DNA from: an uncultured delta proteobacterium
GTDB lineage: Bacteria; Myxococcota_A; Polyangia; Fen-1088
Direction of reading: 5' to 3'
Assembly (NCBI GenBank): GCA_963737265.1
Contig: CAVTRY010000014.1
Location: forward strand, 1 to 64,000
DNA length: 64,000 nt
Below the pieces are notes generated by a model that was not told the origin of the DNA, did not search any database, and worked only from the letters and a program-made list of their open reading frames with translations. The position numbers were made by a program, and so were the translations under genes. Below, one piece after another: positions 59,815 through 64,000 of the stretch (position 1 is the first letter of the stretch; the number at the start of each line of letters is the position of its first letter).

Positions 59815-60684
59815 GTGATTTCGGATCCTTCCATCATGAAAGAAGTGTATAATGGCTCACGAAGTATGAGGTTAAAATCATCTCTTCTGGCGTCCTGGGT
59901 TGCAATTCTTTGGCTTGGCTGCGCGTCTCAGCCCGAGGTACGCGAGACCTCGGGAAATGACCGCCCGGCCAAGGCGAAACATCGCGGTTGGGGAAGCGGA
60001 CAGGTCGCGAGCGACGACAATGCCATGGGGATGGAAATGTCCATGGGCGTGCTCGACGAGCGCGAGGTGGACCGGGCCATCAAGCCGCACGAGGCGGCGC
60101 TGTCGACCTGCTTTTCGCGGGCCGGGGACGCGCGCAAGTATCTTTCCGGCCAGGTGGTGATGCGCTTCGTGGTCTCGGCGGATGGCCAGGTTTCCGATGT
60201 GCAGGTGGTCAGGAACGCACTCGGCAGTTACCCCGTCGAGCGTTGCCTGGTGTCCGAGGGCAAGCGAATCGTGTTTCCGCCGCCGGAGGGCCGGCGCGGC
60301 ACGGACTTCGAATACTCGATGGAATTTCAATCCACGGGCGAGCGCAGCGTGATTCCGTGGAGCGGCGAAGAGATGGCCCGGCACCTCTTCAGCGTGTCTT
60401 CCGAGATGGCCAATTGCGGGTCGCTCGGCGCGCAGGACGTGGATGTGATTGCCTATGTCGAGGCCGGCGGCGCGGTTGGCTCCGTCGGGTTCGCCTCGCA
60501 AGGATCCATCGATCCTGAGGCGGCCGCGTGCGCAGCGTCCTTGATTCGCCGGGTTCACATCAGCGACGCTCCGGCTTCTCGCTCCACCATCGTTCTTCGC
60601 GCAACATTTCCCATGACCCTGGCCTTCGAGCGTCCGAACGCGGACTTTCGCAAGCCGTTCAAGCGCGCCAAGCACCGCCAGTAG
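59815..60684 (+). CDS. Lipoprotein with AgmX/PglI-type domain
   Basis: LGC lipobox; CF.......LSGQVVMRFVV...VERCLV...FPPP; start probably ~59867. Confidence 0.7.
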   Translation: MISDPSIMKEVYNGSRSMRLKSSLLASWVAILWLGCASQPEVRETSGNDRPAKAKHRGWGSGQVASDDNAMGMEMSMGVLDEREVDRAIKPHEAALSTCFSRAGDARKYLSGQVVMRFVVSADGQVSDVQVVRNALGSYPVERCLVSEGKRIVFPPPEGRRGTDFEYSMEFQSTGERSVIPWSGEEMARHLFSVSSEMANCGSLGAQDVDVIAYVEAGGAVGSVGFASQGSIDPEAAACAASLIRRVHISDAPASRSTIVLRATFPMTLAFERPNADFRKPFKRAKHRQ

Positions 60685-60694
60685 GGTTTGGTTT

Positions 60695-62107
60695 CTATCG
60701 CGGCCGGGTGAGGGCTGCGCGCGCCAACGCCGTGGCGACGTTGAGCAGCCGCCGCAGCTCGTCGGCTGTTGTCTCGGCGCGGACTTGCAAGGTATTTCCG
60801 TCGCGCGACGGCTGGGCACGGCCGACCAGGGCAGAAAAGCCGCTTAGCAGCACAAGCGGATTGGCGAGAAGCTTGTGCTTCCAAGTCGGGAGGTCGCGCT
60901 CCCACTGATCCGCATCGGCCGCGGTATTGAATTCGGCAGTGATTTCGATGAACGGTGCTTCGGCGCCCACCACCAGGGTGATCGTCTCGGGCACCGGACC
61001 CGAGCCCACCGGTCGTGGTGGGCTGTCGTCGCTGGCGCCGCGAGTGGCGGGCACGACATAGCCTGGGGCGCCGCTTGGGAAAAGTAGGCGCGTGGCGGTC
61101 ATCATGAAAGCAGCATCGTCGGGCATGGCGCTGTCTTCGGCATCGAGGCGCGCCACGAGGTCGTGCCAGCTCACCCGACCTGCTGGTTTACGAGACGGAT
61201 TTACTCCTCTTTCGCCGGCCCCACCCGCGTCGACGGCGCTGTCTGGCCAAGCCGGCGCGGCAGAGCCCAGCAGGAGCGCCGTATAGGCTGGGGGCGCGAT
61301 GATTGCCAAAGATGGTTCGGGCAACGCCAGGATACGGTCGTCCCGATCGAGCGCTGTCGTCGGCGTCGACGGGTTTTGGGCCGGACGGCGAATCCCAACC
61401 GGGCGGCCGTCCACCGGCCGCCACTCGATGAGCTTGCGTGCGGCTTTCGCGCCGCGATCCAACCCGGATCTGATGGCAGCGTCGGTCAGGTGGTGGCGTG
61501 CGGCCAAGAACGTCACTGCATCGTCCGCCGGATTGGGTGTGGCGATGAGCAAGCTGTCGAAGTCGCGGTAGAGATCGAAGCCCGTGTCGTCGATGAGCCG
61601 GTGGCGATCCGGAAGTAGCTTGAGCAGCTGATCCACGGACGCGATGGTGGCATCGTGGTCGGGCGAGGCGCGCAGGCGATCGAGGCGTAGGAGCGCGAGA
61701 AGCCTCGAACCCTCCGGTCCGTTTTCGCGCAAATCGCCCGGCCGGCGGCGGCCACCGTCCACGCCGCCACCGTCTCTGCCCTGCGCGGCCATGGCGTCTG
61801 GGTTTGCCGCAGCCGCGCCCGCATCGGGGCTGGATGGGATGGCGACACCTTCGCGAGCAACCGTCATGTGATGTCTAGGTTTGGCCGCGACCACGTGTGG
61901 GACGCTTCCCGTCCCGGGCTGCCGACTGGGCCTCGGCCCAAACGGTAGCTCCTTCACCACGTCCACCGAGATGGCTTGCATCCGCACCGACGGCACGAGC
62001 GAGAAGGTGTGCCACAGTCCAAACGCAACCGCGCCCGCAAGCACAGCCAAGTGCATGGCAAGGGAAACGGTCAGAGCCAGGAGGCCACGGCGCATTTTCA
62101 AGGACAA
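60695..62107 (-). CDS. Hypothetical membrane-anchored protein
   Basis: N-terminal TM with SLAMH (TonB-like anchor), long high-GC3 ORF. Confidence 0.6.
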   Translation of the reverse strand: MSLKMRRGLLALTVSLAMHLAVLAGAVAFGLWHTFSLVPSVRMQAISVDVVKELPFGPRPSRQPGTGSVPHVVAAKPRHHMTVAREGVAIPSSPDAGAAAANPDAMAAQGRDGGGVDGGRRRPGDLRENGPEGSRLLALLRLDRLRASPDHDATIASVDQLLKLLPDRHRLIDDTGFDLYRDFDSLLIATPNPADDAVTFLAARHHLTDAAIRSGLDRGAKAARKLIEWRPVDGRPVGIRRPAQNPSTPTTALDRDDRILALPEPSLAIIAPPAYTALLLGSAAPAWPDSAVDAGGAGERGVNPSRKPAGRVSWHDLVARLDAEDSAMPDDAAFMMTATRLLFPSGAPGYVVPATRGASDDSPPRPVGSGPVPETITLVVGAEAPFIEITAEFNTAADADQWERDLPTWKHKLLANPLVLLSGFSALVGRAQPSRDGNTLQVRAETTADELRRLLNVATALARAALTRPR

Positions 62108-62135
62108 TAGACCGCCGGCCGGGCGGCTTCAGTCA

Positions 62136-62684
62136 TTACTCGACAGAAAGGGCGCGCACGCGCACCGCGCGGATGGCGGGGTGAGGCGCGGCGCCCACCG
62201 TCACCAGCGCTCCCTCGCGCGGCCGGACCTGCGTGATGCGGACGAGACTTGCAGCCAGGAAAATCTCGGAAACGCGAGCCTCCAGCTCCGGGCTCTTGGT
62301 GGCGTCGAGCGAAACTACGATTCCGTCGGGCTTGAGCGCCGGCAAGAGGCCGACCAGCAGATCGCACGCCGCGCTTTGGTCTTCGATGTCGACCAGGCTA
62401 TCCACAAGCACCGTGCCTACCGAGCTCGTTGCCAGAGGTACCTCCGAAGCCGCCGCCACGACACCAAGCTGGTGGCCGAGCTTCTGGGCACGCCGCCGCG
62501 CGCGCAACGCGGCTGCTCGCTTCTCTTCTTCGACCAGGGCCAGGACTGGAAGTTCGGAGGCGAGGGTTTCCGCCAGCCACAACGCGGACAAGACGACCAC
62601 CGGGAGGTGTGGCCGCACGAGCTCACACACCCGACCGAGGGTCGCCGGACTGGCAAGGGCTCCCAGGAGCAACGGGCCGCGCAT
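62136..62684 (-). CDS. Hypothetical protein, possibly degenerate methyltransferase-like
   Basis: VPLATSSVGTVLV...ALKPDG motif. Confidence 0.5.
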   Translation of the reverse strand: MRGPLLLGALASPATLGRVCELVRPHLPVVVLSALWLAETLASELPVLALVEEEKRAAALRARRRAQKLGHQLGVVAAASEVPLATSSVGTVLVDSLVDIEDQSAACDLLVGLLPALKPDGIVVSLDATKSPELEARVSEIFLAASLVRITQVRPREGALVTVGAAPHPAIRAVRVRALSVE

Positions 62685-62724
62685 TCGCCCACTATATACG
62701 TGGATTTCGCTAAACTGCCTATCC

Positions 62725-64000
62725 ATGTCCTTCGTGGTGGATCTCGATGCTGCTCGTGCGCGCCTGGGAGGCAAGGCGTGCGCGCTCGGCGAGCTTGCCG
62801 CCGCTGGTTTTCCCACGCCCACCGGTTTTGTCATCGCCGATGCGCTTTTTCGCAGCCTGTGCCCCTCGCTGCCGAGCATCGATCGCATCGACCAAGCGAC
62901 GTTGGCAACGCTCGATACCCTGCTAGATCGGTTTACCCACGAACCCTGGCCCGCCGGATTTCGCGACGAGCTGCGGTCTCGTTTGGGCTCGATCGGAGCG
63001 GCAAGCTATGCGGTACGGTCGTCGTTCGCGGGCGAGGATGTCGCGGGCCAACTTGCCGCCGGTGTGTACGAATCGCGTATTGACGTCCCGGCCGATCTCG
63101 TCGAGGGAGCGATCCGCCAAGTGTTGTGCTCGGCTTTTTCTCCCGGCGCGGTGGCCTATGCTCTGACTCGCGGGAAACAGCCGGCGACCGCTCCGGTGGC
63201 GGTTCTGGTGCACGCCTTCGTACGCGGCGAAGCCGAGGGCAGCGCGGCCTTCGCGCCCGAGCGAATGACCGAGCCGTTCGTCACCGTCAGGCGCGGCCGG
63301 CTTCCCGCCGAAGCCCGCTCCGAGTTGGGCAATGGCGTTATTTCGTTCGCCCGCTCGCGCGGACCGGTAGAGATCGAGTGGGTCTCTTGTGCAGGTCGAG
63401 TGCTCTATCTTCAGGCGCGGCCGTTCGAGCCAACGGTTGCGCCCGCGGCCTGGCTCGGGTGGAACGATTTGGGCGACGAGGCGAGCACGCGCGATGCGTG
63501 GCGCTGGGACGCGGCTCACAATCCTCTGCCGCTTTCGCCCGCGCAGGCCGGGCTCGTGGCGTTGGTGGACAGCGCCTGCTCTGTGGGTATGCGGCAGCGT
63601 GTGCTTGGCGGGTACTTGTTTTACCGGCACGACGATCGTCCTTCGCCGCCCGCCATCGACTGCAAGGAAGCCTCGTCCTATTTTGCTTGCCTGCGCGACC
63701 GCGTGGAGGTGCGTCTCGTCGCGCTCGGACCGCAGCCCACGCTCGAACGCAGCCCTGGCACTTTTTCTCTCGGCTTACGAACCCATCTTCGGCGTGCTCC
63801 AGCCCGCCCTGCGCGAGGCGCACAAGAACCTTTCTCAGTTCTTGGAAACCCACGCTCCCGAGGGACTCGCCCTTCTGCCCCTCCTGCGAGCTGGCGTGGA
63901 TTCCATGGCCAGCGAGCGGCGCGCGCGCGTGGCCAAAATTTCGTCCGCGAATGGCGAGGCCTGTCGCGCATACGCGCTCGCCGACTACCTCGCGCTGTTT
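62725..64000 (+). CDS. PEP/pyruvate-binding (PEP synthase-like) protein, runs off window; frameshift ~63748
   Basis: GGKACAL, GFPTPTGFVI, YAVRSSFAGED...AGVYES, EIEW, YLQARP; not in the ORF track because it has no stop in the window. Confidence 0.85.
   Translation, partial: MSFVVDLDAARARLGGKACALGELAAAGFPTPTGFVIADALFRSLCPSLPSIDRIDQATLATLDTLLDRFTHEPWPAGFRDELRSRLGSIGAASYAVRSSFAGEDVAGQLAAGVYESRIDVPADLVEGAIRQVLCSAFSPGAVAYALTRGKQPATAPVAVLVHAFVRGEAEGSAAFAPERMTEPFVTVRRGRLPAEARSELGNGVISFARSRGPVEIEWVSCAGRVLYLQARPFEPTVAPAAWLGWNDLGDEASTRDAWRWDAAHNPLPLSPAQAGLVALVDSACSVGMRQRVLGGYLFYRHDDRPSPPAIDCKEASSYFACLRDRVEVRLVALGPQPTLERSPGTFSLGLRTHLRRAPARPARGAQEPFSVLGNPRSRGTRPSAPPASWRGFHGQRAARARGQNFVREWRGLSRIRARRLPRAV

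Noticed and set aside
819-63750. Frameshifts at ~819, ~15990, ~19033, ~48397, ~52790, ~55426 and ~63748 as programmed frameshifting or phase variation
   Set aside because: Scattered single-base indels in unrelated genes with no slippery sites or long SSRs; most consistent with long-read errors.
1-64000. tRNA, rRNA, CRISPR array or autonomous transposase
   Set aside because: None recognisable by inspection.

Overview
High-GC, Myxococcota (Polyangia/Haliangium-like) chromosomal window. The first ~680 bp looks like a foreign, lower-GC fragment carrying a truncated rph and is probably a chimeric join. Several single-base frameshifts look like long-read errors. Core genes include dapA-dapB, a degenerate murQ, HU/IHF, an RRM protein, a 5'-nucleotidase, an MFS transporter, a desaturase with a two-component system, ETF-QO, an acyl-CoA dehydrogenase, a TonB-ExbBD-receptor cluster and an ECF sigma operon. 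An accessory region (~10-30.5 kb) holds Cys/Gly-rich lipoproteins and a decaying T6SS-type effector/immunity string (lysozyme-like effector, DUF2169 stub). It also holds MenAT1-like and VapBC toxin-antitoxin pairs, a stand-alone protein with five tandem AP2/ERF domains, a GH30 enzyme and an arsR-arsM-(internally deleted acr3)-arsC operon. Further right are an exosortase-H system whose EGF-repeat substrate carries its IPTL signal near the N-terminus, and two MITE families that share a structured core, insert at TNA/stop-codon sites and also occur as TIR-only relics. All family calls come from motif recognition only; no searches were run.
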